A stretch of DNA of 64,000 nt from an uncultured Candidatus Rokubacteria bacterium (GTDB taxonomy: Bacteria; Methylomirabilota; Methylomirabilia; Rokubacteriales; CSP1-6), in assembly GCA_963771355.1 (NCBI GenBank), contig CAVYTA010000007.1, positions 160,001 to 224,000 on the forward strand, written 5' to 3'. Shown one piece after another: positions 9,577 through 19,756 of the stretch; within the stretch, counting starts at the first letter, position 1; each line of letters opens with the position of its first letter. The notes beneath the pieces were generated by a model. The model was given only the letters and a program-made list of their open reading frames with translations, was not told the origin of the DNA and made no database searches. Position numbers and translations under genes: made by a program.

Positions 9577-10473
9577 ATGGTATCGTTGACCATCATGCGC
9601 AGATGGGCGCGCGCGATCGTGGCCGCCGGCCTCCTCCTGGGCTCGGCGCTCGGCGCGGGGACGGTCGCCGCCGAGGAGCCGCGGACCGACGCCGCCGGCG
9701 AGGCCGCGCGCCCGGCCGCGCCGCCCTCCGCGCCCATGTCGCTGGAACTCACCGAGACCAGCCGTGAGCGCAATATCCCCTGGGACCGACTCGACGGTAC
9801 CGCGTACGATCTGGTACGCGACGTGGTGGACGGCGCCGCGCTGGCGGGCCAGGTGCGCGACATCTCCTTCCGCAGCCGCAAGCCCGTCTTCGACTACCTG
9901 CTCGACAACCCCGACTTCGCCGCCGACGTGGCGCGCGCCCTCCGCGAGGGCAAGTACCGGATCCGGCGCGTGGGCGACGCCTTCGAGGCCGACGACGGCC
10001 ACGGGGGGCGCGGCACCATGAAATTCCTTCTCAACGAGGACGGCCGGCGCCTCTACTATCTGCAGGGCCGGTACGACCCGCCGCTCCTGCCCACCTTGAC
10101 CGGCCGTCTGGTGATTCTTCTCGACGCCGAGCACCTCGATGGCCCCGACGGTGTCACGTACTGCGCGATGAAGTTCGCCGGCTACCTCAAGCTCGACAAC
10201 GCGATGGCCGACGCGGTCGCGCGCGTGATGAAGATGTTCTCCGAGGACCAGGTGGACCGGCGCGTGCGCCGCTTCTTCGGGCACGTGGCGGCGGTGAGCC
10301 GCCGCGCCTACAACGATCCGGAGGGCCTGGCCGAGCTGCTCGCGACGCAGCCCCAGCTGCCGGCGGATCAAGTGGCGGCCTTCCGCGAGCTGCTCCTCGC
10401 CCAGGTGCTGCCGGGCTGGGCGGAGGACCTCGACTACCGCTTCCTCGCCCCGCCCGACGCCACCATCGAGTGA
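9577..10473 (+). CDS. Hypothetical exported protein
   Basis: Signal peptide-like N-terminus and coding-like codon usage; start may be 9595. Confidence 0.65.
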   Translation: MVSLTIMRRWARAIVAAGLLLGSALGAGTVAAEEPRTDAAGEAARPAAPPSAPMSLELTETSRERNIPWDRLDGTAYDLVRDVVDGAALAGQVRDISFRSRKPVFDYLLDNPDFAADVARALREGKYRIRRVGDAFEADDGHGGRGTMKFLLNEDGRRLYYLQGRYDPPLLPTLTGRLVILLDAEHLDGPDGVTYCAMKFAGYLKLDNAMADAVARVMKMFSEDQVDRRVRRFFGHVAAVSRRAYNDPEGLAELLATQPQLPADQVAAFRELLLAQVLPGWAEDLDYRFLAPPDATIE

Positions 10474-10709
10474 AGCGCGCCCTCCTCTACACCATGGAGG
10501 GCAATGCCGACGGGGAGGCGGCCCTGGCCTTTTTCCAGTCGCGCGGGGTGGCGGTGGACGTGCGCGACGTGGGGCGGGACCCCGACGCCAGCCTCGACCT
10601 CTTCAAGCGTCTCGGCCGGCTCACCGTGCCCGCGGTGGTCATCGACGAGCGCGTCTTCCTCGGCTTCGGCCCGCACCGCGACGAGATCGACGCCCTCGTC
10701 CGCGAATGA
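10470..10709 (+). CDS. Glutaredoxin/NrdH-like fold protein lacking cysteines
   Basis: LLYT...DVRDV...TVPAVVIDERVFLGF pattern; GTGA overlap with the upstream gene. Confidence 0.72.
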   Translation: MKRALLYTMEGNADGEAALAFFQSRGVAVDVRDVGRDPDASLDLFKRLGRLTVPAVVIDERVFLGFGPHRDEIDALVRE

Positions 10710-10725
10710 GCGACCGCCCCGCCGC

Positions 10726-11751
10726 TCAGAACGCCCAGCCCACCCCCAGGACGAGGCGTGTGTCGTCCTTCTTGCGGCCCGACGCGGGGGTGGAGTCGTA
10801 GCGGTACTCGAAGCGGAAGTCGGTGAAGAAGCTCTTCCACACCGTCACCCGCAGACCGGCATCGAGGTTGAGCAGGAAGTCGCCGCCGAAGTCCTGGAAG
10901 CTCGGCAGGTACTCGAGGTTGTGGTAGAGCTTGAGCACCGACACCGGGGACCAGTCCACGTGATAGGCCAGCCGGGGCCCGAGGAAGTCGGTGGCATTCT
11001 GGCCCTCGAACTTCTCGTACACGTAGGCGAGCCCGACCTCGGTGGCGAGATTGAAGGTCGGGCCCTCGAACCATTGATAGCCGACGCCGACGCTCGGCGT
11101 GACGCGATACTCCAGCTCCGCCACCCCGTCCCGCTCCGCCTTGGTACTCAGGTAGCCGTAGAACTTCTGGGTGAAGAAGTGGTCCCACTTGGCGAAGATG
11201 GCCCCGTAGTCGACCGAGGTGCTGTGCTCATCCGTGTCGGGGTCGCGCTGACGGCCGTACGTGTATTCCGCGCCGGCGGTGAACCGATCGTCCTCCCACC
11301 GCTTCCCGATGCCGAAGCGGAAGCCGAGCTGCTCGGTCTCGGAGTTGCCCCGGGTCAAGAGGCCATTGAGCGCCAGGCTCCCATTCCACTCGGGCGGGAA
11401 CGGATAGATGGCGGCCACCTGCGAGATCGGCAATGTCTGGGGCGGGGCGGTTCCCCCCGGCGCGATCTGGACCTGGCCGTCCGGCCCCGCCGTCACCGGC
11501 GTGGTCACCGGCGGCTTGTCGCCCACCTTGACCTGCACCGGCGCGTCGGTGGAGAAGGTCTTCACCTTGGCCAGGTCGATGGTGACCTCGCCGGCGGCGT
11601 CGGTCTTGATCACGAGCTTGCCGCCGGCGGCGCTGACGACCTTGCCGGTGAGCCGGTCGCCATTGAGGAAGATCACCTCATCCGCGGCGACCGGAGCGGC
11701 AGCGAGGAGCAGCAGGAAACCGAGCGGCACGGTGGCCAGGATCCGGGACAT
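10726..11751 (-). CDS. DUF481 family outer-membrane beta-barrel protein
   Basis: Signal peptide, DEVIFLNGDRLTG N-domain, RGNSET, alternating beta-strands, terminal GVGWAF. Confidence 0.85.
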   Translation of the reverse strand: MSRILATVPLGFLLLLAAAPVAADEVIFLNGDRLTGKVVSAAGGKLVIKTDAAGEVTIDLAKVKTFSTDAPVQVKVGDKPPVTTPVTAGPDGQVQIAPGGTAPPQTLPISQVAAIYPFPPEWNGSLALNGLLTRGNSETEQLGFRFGIGKRWEDDRFTAGAEYTYGRQRDPDTDEHSTSVDYGAIFAKWDHFFTQKFYGYLSTKAERDGVAELEYRVTPSVGVGYQWFEGPTFNLATEVGLAYVYEKFEGQNATDFLGPRLAYHVDWSPVSVLKLYHNLEYLPSFQDFGGDFLLNLDAGLRVTVWKSFFTDFRFEYRYDSTPASGRKKDDTRLVLGVGWAF

Positions 11752-11810
11752 GGCAGCCTCCTGTCGGGAATGGTTCCCGACACGATGCCGTGTCCGCTTC
11801 GATCCGGCCA

Positions 11811-11828
11811 ATAGGACGTTGGTCGTAT
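11811..11828 (-). promoter_or_regulatory. 18-bp palindromic regulator box (site 1)
   Basis: ATAGGACGTTGGTCGTAT; CATCGT hexamer 23 nt further toward DUF481. Confidence 0.7.
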
Positions 11829-11831
11829 GCT

Positions 11832-12878
11832 CTAGTATCCCTCGCCGTCGCGCGCCGCGGTGGCGGGGCCGCGATGCAGCCGGAAGATCACCACCTGATA
11901 GATGAGCGCGAGCGGTAGGCCCACCGCGAACCAGGTGAGCGCGACCCGAAGCCCCGCGGGATCTCCACCCGCGGTATAGGCGGTGAGCGAGAGCGCGTCG
12001 CCGCCGGTGGCCCGGAGCATGACGGGGAAGAATGACGCCGCCGTCGCGCCGAGGATCCCGAGCAGGAAGGCGCAGGAGCCGAGGAAGGCGAGCAGGGATC
12101 CGCCGCGCGGCAGCCGGACGAACACCGTCACGATGCCCGCCACCGCCACTGCCGTCGCCAGCGCGGCCAGCCAGCGGCGGCCCATGCCGGGGAAGAGCGC
12201 GGGGTTCACCAGGTGGCTGGCCACCGTGACCACCGGCCAGAGCACGGCCACCGTGATCCACAGGCGCCACGCCGCGCGGCCGCTCCGCTCCCGCACCGGG
12301 CCGTCGGTCTTCCAGGCGAGAAACAGGGCGCCGTGCGCGGCCAGCGCCGCGAGGGCGAAGACCCCGGTGAGGAGGGTGTACCAGTCGAGGATCCCCACCG
12401 GCTCGCGCGCGCTGAAGTCGGTGAAGAGCGGCAGCGAGAACCAGCCCGCATTGTCCAGGGGCACGCCCCGGAGGAGATTGCCGAAGGCGGCGCCGAAGAA
12501 CACCGCGAGCAGCGTGCTGGCGCCGGTGAAGGTGAAGTCCCACGCGGCCCGCCAGAGGGGATTCGGCAGATGGCTCCGGAACTCGATGGCGATACCGCGC
12601 CCGAGCAGGCACCAGAGCACGAGGAAGATGGCAAAGTAGAAGCCGGAAATCCCGGAGGCAAGCACGCGCGGGAAGGCCACGAAGAGCGCGCCACCCGCGG
12701 CGAGCAGCCAGACCTCGTTCCCGTCCCAGAAGGGGCCGATGGCGGCGAGCACCTGCCGCCGCTCGGTGTCGGAACGGGCGACGACGGGCGAGACGATGCC
12801 GGCGCCAAAGTCGAAGCCGTCCATGGTCGCGTAGACGGCGAGGAGGAGCGCGGCGATGGCGTACCAGATCTCAAGCAT
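11832..12878 (-). CDS. cydB: Cytochrome bd ubiquinol oxidase subunit II
   Basis: DGFDFGAG, GPFWDGNEVWL, AFP; start overlaps cydA stop. Confidence 0.96.
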   Translation of the reverse strand: MLEIWYAIAALLLAVYATMDGFDFGAGIVSPVVARSDTERRQVLAAIGPFWDGNEVWLLAAGGALFVAFPRVLASGISGFYFAIFLVLWCLLGRGIAIEFRSHLPNPLWRAAWDFTFTGASTLLAVFFGAAFGNLLRGVPLDNAGWFSLPLFTDFSAREPVGILDWYTLLTGVFALAALAAHGALFLAWKTDGPVRERSGRAAWRLWITVAVLWPVVTVASHLVNPALFPGMGRRWLAALATAVAVAGIVTVFVRLPRGGSLLAFLGSCAFLLGILGATAASFFPVMLRATGGDALSLTAYTAGGDPAGLRVALTWFAVGLPLALIYQVVIFRLHRGPATAARDGEGY

Positions 12879-14196
12879 GCGCCGGCTCCGGACCATGCGC
12901 GATCTCGCGCCCGATGAGGAAGAAGAACAGGATGCCGAGGACGAAGTAGAGGCCGCAGAAGCCCATGAGGGTGAACAGCACCGTGCCCGAGTGGACGGTG
13001 GGGCTCGCGCCCTGGGCGGTGCGGAAGAGGCCGTACACGAGCCAGGGCTGGCGGCCGAGCTCGGTCGTCATCCATCCCGCGGTGTTCGCGATGTAGGGGA
13101 AGGGGAAGGCGAGCATGAGGAGCCAGAGCATCGGCCGGCAGCCCTCGAGCCGTCCGCGCAGGAGCAGAAAGGTGGCCAGGAGCATGAGCGCGATCATCAG
13201 GGTGCCCAGTCCCGCCATGATGTGGAAGACGTAGTAGAGCAGCTCGATGTTGTCGGGCCAGTCGCGCTCCGGGAAGGTGTCGAGGCCCGGCACGTCCGCG
13301 TGGAAGGTGCCGAAGGCGAGGAACGAAAGCGCCCACGGAATGACGACGGGATTGTCGAGCCGCCGCTCGCGGACATTGGGCTGGCCGATGAGCACCAGGC
13401 CCGCGCGCGGCCCGCTCTCGAAGCGCCCCTCCATGGCGGCCAGCGCCACCGGCTGGTGGCGCGCGACGAGCTTGGCCTGGGTGTCACCGGTGAAGGCCAC
13501 GAGCACGCTGGCGATCAGCCCCGCGCCCACCCCCATGCGAAGGAAGATCCGCGCCGCCTCTCCATGCCGCCCCATGAGCGTGTAGAAGGCTCCCACCGCC
13601 GCCATCACGAAGGCGGCGGTGACCACCGCGGCTATCATGGTGTGCGCGTACTGGGCGAGCGCCCACGGATTCAGGACGAAGGCCCAGAAGTCCGCCAGCC
13701 GGAGCATGCCGTCGGGGCCCACCACGTGCCCGACCGGATGCTGCATGAAGGCGTTGGTGGCGATGATGAAGTAGCCCGAGAGCCAGCTGCCGAGGAACAG
13801 CGCGACGGCGGCAAGGAAATGCCCGACGCGCGACAGCCGCCGCTCCCCGAAGACGAGAAGCGAGAGGAAGCTGGACTCGAGGAAGAAGGCGAAGAGCCCC
13901 TCCATGGCCAGGGTCTGGCCGATCACGCTGCCCGCGTAACGGCTGAAGGCCGCCCAGTTGGTCCCGAACTGGAATTCCATGGGGATGCCGGTGACCACGC
14001 CCACCGCGAAGTTGATCCCGAAGATGCGGATCCAGAAGCGGGCGGCGTCGTTCCAGCGCTCTCCGCCGGGCCGCAGGCCGCGGGCCTTCATGATCACGAT
14101 GAGAAGCGCGAGCCCCATGGTGAGCTGGGGGAACAGATAGTGATAGATGATGGTGAAGGCGAATTGCAGCCGGTGCAGGACGAGCGCATCACCCAT
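12871..14196 (-). CDS. cydA: Cytochrome bd ubiquinol oxidase subunit I (short Q-loop)
   Basis: RLQFAFTIIYHYLF, EFQFGTNW, LAAMEG, HIM, ELGRQPW. Confidence 0.96.
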   Translation of the reverse strand: MGDALVLHRLQFAFTIIYHYLFPQLTMGLALLIVIMKARGLRPGGERWNDAARFWIRIFGINFAVGVVTGIPMEFQFGTNWAAFSRYAGSVIGQTLAMEGLFAFFLESSFLSLLVFGERRLSRVGHFLAAVALFLGSWLSGYFIIATNAFMQHPVGHVVGPDGMLRLADFWAFVLNPWALAQYAHTMIAAVVTAAFVMAAVGAFYTLMGRHGEAARIFLRMGVGAGLIASVLVAFTGDTQAKLVARHQPVALAAMEGRFESGPRAGLVLIGQPNVRERRLDNPVVIPWALSFLAFGTFHADVPGLDTFPERDWPDNIELLYYVFHIMAGLGTLMIALMLLATFLLLRGRLEGCRPMLWLLMLAFPFPYIANTAGWMTTELGRQPWLVYGLFRTAQGASPTVHSGTVLFTLMGFCGLYFVLGILFFFLIGREIAHGPEPAHA

Positions 14197-14447
14197 GGTG
14201 GGACCGTGCCCTCCCGTCGAGTATGGCGCCAGCATTAGCAGAGCGGCGCGCCGGCGGGCTACCCCCTCCGCAGAGGCCCGGCCGTCATCGGCCGCTCGAC
14301 TAACCGGCACCTCGGGCCGAGATTCTCAGGCGCGGCCCCGCCCTCTCTGCCAATATGAGCGAGCCAGCGACCGCCCGGAGGGTTGGAGTCGCGGGCGAGA
14401 ACGCAAAGGAAGCGGGCCCGGCGCCCCCATTTGGAGGTTCCCGCGGC

Positions 14448-17400
14448 ATGAAGTGTCCCCGGTGCCACCACGAGAATCCCACCGGCATGAAGTTCTGTGG
14501 GCAATGCGCCGCACCGCTGGCCTCCACCTGTCCGTCCTGTGGCGCCGCCAATCCGCCCGAGAACAAGTTCTGCGGTCAGTGCGCCGCGCCGCTCCTGATG
14601 ACCCCGACCACGAAGTTCGCCGCGCCGGACTCGTATACGCCGAAGCACCTCGCCGAGAGGATCCTCACTTCCAGGGCTGCGCTCGAAGGCGAGCGCAAGC
14701 AAGTGACGGTGCTGTTTGCCGATCTCAAGGGCTCGATGGAGCTGCTCGCCGACCGCGATCCCGAGGAGGCGCGCAAGATCCTCGATCCCGTGCTCGAGCG
14801 GATGATGGAAGCCGTGCACCGCTACGAGGGCACCGTCAATCAGGTCATGGGCGACGGCATCATGGCGCTCTTCGGCGCGCCCCTCGCTCACGAGGACCAC
14901 GCGGTCCGCGCGTGCTACGCGGCGCTGCGGATGCAGGAGGCGGTCGCGCGATATGCGGAGGGCGTACGGACCGAGCACGGCGTCAGGATCCGCATTCGCG
15001 TGGGCCTCAATTCGGGCGAGGTCGTCGTGCGTGCGATCGGCTCCGACCTGCACATGGACTACACCGCGGTCGGCCAGACTACCCACCTCGCCGCGCGCAT
15101 GGAGCAGCTCGCCGATCCTGGCACGACGCTCCTGACCGCGGAGACCCTGGCGCTCGCCGAGGGCTTCGTGCAGGTGACCTCGCTCGGGCCCATGGCCGTG
15201 AAGGGCCTGCCCGGCCCCGTCGAGGTCTACGAGCTCGCCGGGATCAGCGCCGTGCGCTCGCGGCTCCAGGCCGCCGCCGCGCGCGGGCTCTCGCCCTTTG
15301 TGGGTCGCGACACCGAGATCGAGCAGCTCCGCCGCGCGGTCGACCAGGCCCGGCAAGGACGCGGTCAGGTGGTTGCGATCGTGGGCGAGCCGGGCGTGGG
15401 CAAGTCGCGCCTGACCTTCGAGCTGACCCACTCCCATCGCGTCGAGGGCTGGCTGGTCCTCGAGGCCGGCGCGTCATCCCACGGCAAGGCGACCAGTTAC
15501 CTTCCTCTCAGCGACGTTACTGCGGAGCTACTTCAAGCTCGGAGAGCGCGACACCTACGAGGACATGCGCGCGAGGATCAGCGCGCGGCTCTCGACCCTC
15601 GGCGAGAGTCTCTGGCCGGCCGCGCCTGCCTTCGAGGCGCTCCTCGGGGTGCCCGTCGAGGACGCGCGGTGGCAAGGACTCGAACCTCGCCAGCTCCGCC
15701 AGCACACGCTCGAAGCCCTCAGGCACCTGATCCTCCGCGAGAGCCAGATCCAACCGCTGCTGCTGATCGTCGAGGACCTGCACTGGATCGATGCCGAGAC
15801 CCAGGCGTGGCTCGATGGCCTGGTTGATGGGCTACCTGCCGCCCAGATCCTGGTTGTCGCCACCTACCGGCCGGAGTACCAGCACTCCTGGGGCAGCCGC
15901 ACCTACTACACGCAGCTCCGCGTAGACCCGCTACCACGCGACGGGGCCGAGGAGCTCCTGCAGGCAATTCTGGGCACCGACGCCGGGCTGGCCTCGCTGC
16001 GGACCCTGCTCATCCAGCGAACGGATGGCAACCCGTTCTTTCTGGAGGAGAGCGTGCGGACCCTCGTGGAGACGAAGGCCCTGGTGGGCGAGCGCGGGGC
16101 CTATCGCCTCGTTCAGGCTATCGACCATGTTCAGGTTCCGGCCACGGTCCAGGCGATCCTGGCCTCCCGGATTGACCGGCTCCCAGCGGCGGAGAAGCAG
16201 TTGCTGCAGTCGGCCGCCGTCATCGGAAAGGACGTCCCGTTCATCTTGCTCCACGCCGATCGCCGATGACGCCGAGGAGGGCGTGCGCCGACAGCTGGCG
16301 CTTCTGCAATCCGCAGAGTTCCTGTACGAGACCCGCCTGTTTCCCGATTCGGAGTACACGTTCAAGCACGCGCTGACGCAGGAGGTGGCGTACGGCGGTC
16401 TCCTCACCGATCGCCGGCGCGCCATCCACGCGCGGATCGTCGAGGCGATCGAGCGACTCCAGGGCGACCGACTGGGGGAGCAGGTCGAGCGGCTCGCCCA
16501 TCACGCCCTGCGCGCGGAGCTGTGGGAGAAGGCACTGCTCTACGGCAGACAGGCGGGAGCCAAGGCGATGGCGCGCTGGGCGCTGCGGGATGCCGGCACC
16601 CATCTCGAGCGAGCCCTCGCCGCGACCACACATCTCCCCAGAGCCCGCGAGGCCATCGAGCAGGCGATCGACGTCCGCCTCGATCTTCGCAACGCCATCT
16701 ACCCGCTCGGCGAGGTCGAGCGGGCTATGGGGCTCATGCGCGAGGCAGAGTCGCTCGCCGAGCGGCTGGGCGACGAGGCGCGGATGGGAAAGATCTCCCT
16801 TACTCTCAGCGTCAGTCTCTGGATGATGGGCCATTCCGACGAGGCGCAGGACCCGGCCGACCGCGCCCTCGCCATCGCCGAGTCCACCGATGACGGCCTG
16901 CTGAGGCACCAGGCAAGAGCCCAACTGGCTCGCCTCCACCACGACCGGGGCGACTATCGGCAGGCAGCCGCCGCGTTCCGCGAATCCCTGAGTGCCCTCG
17001 AGGCCGCCGGGAACTCCCCATTGGGCTCTCGGCCGTGACGCCCGCTGGTGGTGATCGAGCACGGCCTACCTGGCGTGGTCGCTCGCCGAACTCGGCGAGT
17101 TCGCGGAGGCAACGCGCCGGACGGAGGAGTCGCTGCGCCGGGCCGAAGCGCTCGAGAACCCGCTCGCGTCTGATCCAGGCGTGCATGGGCGTGGGGATGG
17201 TCCACCTCCGGCAGGGGAACGCCCCCGCCGCCATGCCTCCGCTGGAGCAAGGCCTGCAGGTCTGCTACAAGTTCGGGTTGACCGCGCTCAATTTCCACGG
17301 CATCGCGGCATCGCTCGGGGCGGCATACGCGCTCGCGAATCGGACCGCGGAGGCCATTCCCCTGCTGCGCAAGGTGGCGGACCAGTCCGCTTCGATGAAG

Positions 17401-17817
17401 CTGGTCTCTGACCATCTCCTCGGAGCGATTCCGCTTGCGGAGGTATGGCTCTCGACAGGGCGAATTGAGGACGCGGCGCAGCTCGGGCGACAGGCGCTCG
17501 ACCTGGCTCGCAAGCACAAGCAGCGCGGCCACGAGGTCTACGCCCTTCGTCTCCTCGGCGAGGTGGCCGCGCGCCGCGAGCCTGCCGACGTGCAAGAAGC
17601 CGAGGCCCACTACCGGAGCGCAATCGCGCTGGCTCACGAGCTCGGCATGCGCCCGCTCGTCGCCCATTGCCATCTCGGCCTCGGCAAGTCTGTACCGGCG
17701 CACCGGGCGAGCGGCAGGCAGGCGCAGGAGCACCTCGCGATCGCTGCGACGATGTATCGCGAGATGGAGATGCCGTATTGGCTGGAGCAGGCCGACTCAG
17801 AGAGGAAATCGGAATGA
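14448..17817 (+). pseudogene. Double zinc-ribbon + adenylate/guanylate cyclase + AAA ATPase + TPR protein, broken by several frameshifts (possibly assembly errors)
   Basis: CPRC/CGQC ribbons, LFADLKGS, GDGIMALFGAP, Walker A GEPGVGKS, EDLHW, GNPFF, FKHAL, TPRs; frame jumps near 15516, 16258, 17030-17070, 17169 and 17690-17720. Confidence 0.88.
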
Positions 17818-18797
17818 TGGACCGGCGCGTGTTCATCACCAGCTTTGCCGTCGGCGCTCTCATGGCGGCGCGCTCAGTCGACGCGCAGCAGGCCAGGGGC
17901 AGTTACCGAATCGGATGGCTATCACCCGCCTCGGCCGCCGACGGCCTCCCGAACCTGGAGGCCCTTCGGGCTGGATTGCGCGAGCTTGGTTACGTCGAAG
18001 GCCAGAACATCGCCATCGAGCTCCGCTGGGCCAATGGGCGCACCGAGCGCCTCCCCCAGCTCGCCGCGGAGCTGGTGCGTCTCCCCGTGGATGTCTTCTG
18101 CACGGCGGGCTCACAGGCCTCCGCAGCGGCCAAGCAATCGACGTCCACGATCCCGATCGTGTTTGCGAACGTCGCCTTCCCCGATCAGACGGGCCTCGTC
18201 GCGAGCTACCCGCGCCCCGGGGGCAACATCACGGGAGTCGCGTTCATTGGCCCTGAATACGGGAAGCGGCTGGAGCTGCTCAAGCTGGCCTTTCCGAAGC
18301 TCGCGCGTGTCGCGCTGATCTACAACCCCGAGAACCGCGGGAGCGTCCTGGCCCTCGAAGAGACGCAACGGTGGGCAGCTCCCTTGGGCGTCACGCTCGA
18401 GCCTCACAAGTTCCGGGGTCCCGACGATTTCGAGCAAGTCTTCGGCGCGATCGCCGGGAAGCGGCCCGATGCGCTCATGACGACGGCCGATCCCCTCATC
18501 CACTCCTACCGCAAACGGATCGTCGACTTTGCCGCCAAGCATCGACTGCCCTCCATGTTTCCGGGCCGGGAGTTCGTGGACGCCGGCGGCCTCATGTTCT
18601 ACGGCGGTAGCATCCGCGAGATGTACCGGCACGCCGCCGTGTACGTGGACAAGATCCTCAAGGGCGCCCGGCCGGGTGACCTCCCGGTAGACCAGCCGAC
18701 GAAGTTCGACATGGTCATCAACCTCAAGACCGCCAAAGCGCTCGGGCTCACGATCCCGCAGTCGCTGCGGCTGCGGGCGGATCACGTGATCGAGTGA
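17814..18797 (+). CDS. ABC transporter substrate-binding protein (ABC_sub_bind type)
   Basis: DRRVF Tat-like leader, LRELGYVEGQN, RPGGNITG, DKILKGARPGDLP, INLKTAKALG. Confidence 0.92.
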   Translation: MMDRRVFITSFAVGALMAARSVDAQQARGSYRIGWLSPASAADGLPNLEALRAGLRELGYVEGQNIAIELRWANGRTERLPQLAAELVRLPVDVFCTAGSQASAAAKQSTSTIPIVFANVAFPDQTGLVASYPRPGGNITGVAFIGPEYGKRLELLKLAFPKLARVALIYNPENRGSVLALEETQRWAAPLGVTLEPHKFRGPDDFEQVFGAIAGKRPDALMTTADPLIHSYRKRIVDFAAKHRLPSMFPGREFVDAGGLMFYGGSIREMYRHAAVYVDKILKGARPGDLPVDQPTKFDMVINLKTAKALGLTIPQSLRLRADHVIE

Positions 18798-18866
18798 CTG
18801 TGATCGATGCGGGGCGCCCCGGCGCAGGCCGCGCCATCACATGACACCCACCCGGAGGACCTCCTC

Positions 18867-18995
18867 ATGAGCATCGGACGGGCGACCAAGATCGCGGCGG
18901 GTATCCTGTTCATCCTGGCAGTGGTTGGCGTCAATTCACCGGTGTTGCTGACGCCGCTTGGCCTGGCGGTGTGGGTCCTCGGCGAGGCCGTGTGA
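18867..18995 (+). CDS. Small hydrophobic protein (42 aa)
   Basis: GGAGG RBS; MSIGRATKIAAGILFILAVVGVNSPVLLTPLGLAVWVLGEAV with two short hydrophobic segments. Confidence 0.6.
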   Translation: MSIGRATKIAAGILFILAVVGVNSPVLLTPLGLAVWVLGEAV

Positions 18996-19042
18996 TCACC
19001 TGGCCGAGTCGGTACGGTGCCGACTTGCTGGTCGTCGCGAGG

Positions 19043-19630
19043 TCAGACCAGATCGGGGCTCTGGAGTCGAAAGGCGACGATTAGACGGAGGGCGCCGAGC
19101 AGGAGACCGAAGGCGGCGAGCAGCGCGGCCAGCGTGATCAGATCCTGGGGCGGCCGGGCGAGGATCAATACCCCGAACGCCACCGCGACCACGGCGATCG
19201 CGGCGAGAAACGGTCGGCCCTTGTGCCCGCGGCCGAGGCAGAGCGCCTCGACGGCCTGTAACAGTCCGGTAATGATTGCCCACCATGCAAAGATGGCCAG
19301 CGGGCCCGGCCTCTGCCCGGGGGGGCGGAGCACAACCGCGAGCCCGGCGGCGACTCCGGTCAGGCCCTTGCAGGCGAGCAACCGCCATCGGCCGCCGCGG
19401 AAGAGCCCCCACGCGGCGGCCGCGAGTGCCACGAGGCCGTCCAGCAGCGCGAAACCCGTGAAGAACGTGGCCATCATGGCCGCGGTGATACGAGGCAGCC
19501 AGAACGCGAAGAATAGCATCGCGCCTTCAGACAAGCCGAACAGCAGGGCCAGCGCGGCTCGACCGGCCAGCGCCCACTGGACGGGATAGGCTGTCGTCGA
19601 ACGTGGGTTTGGCACGGCAGGTCTTGTCAC
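19043..19630 (-). CDS. HdeD/DUF308 family membrane protein
   Basis: W..RAALALLFG, FWLP, FALLDG, WAIITGLLQ; about six TM segments. Confidence 0.7.
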   Translation of the reverse strand: MTRPAVPNPRSTTAYPVQWALAGRAALALLFGLSEGAMLFFAFWLPRITAAMMATFFTGFALLDGLVALAAAAWGLFRGGRWRLLACKGLTGVAAGLAVVLRPPGQRPGPLAIFAWWAIITGLLQAVEALCLGRGHKGRPFLAAIAVVAVAFGVLILARPPQDLITLAALLAAFGLLLGALRLIVAFRLQSPDLV

Positions 19631-19655
19631 CGCGCGACTTCACCACGGCGCCGAT

Positions 19656-19691
19656 CCGGCTGCCATAGGACCATGGTCCTATGGCAGCCGG
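19656..19691. promoter_or_regulatory. Perfect 36-bp palindrome containing regulator box (site 2, core 19665-19682)
   Basis: CCGGCTGCCATAGGACCA|TGGTCCTATGGCAGCCGG; GAGAAT 22 nt downstream of the core. Confidence 0.85.
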
Positions 19692-19756
19692 CCCCGGAAG
19701 TTCCGAGAATCCAACGTCGAGTATCCGAGGGACAGTCGTACTGGAAAGGAGCTCCC

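Noticed and set aside
10470..10709. Selenocysteine-containing glutaredoxin
   Set aside because: No in-frame TGA at the active-site position
14448..17817. Programmed frameshifting in the cyclase gene
   Set aside because: Many scattered shifts with no slippery heptamers; error or decay is simpler
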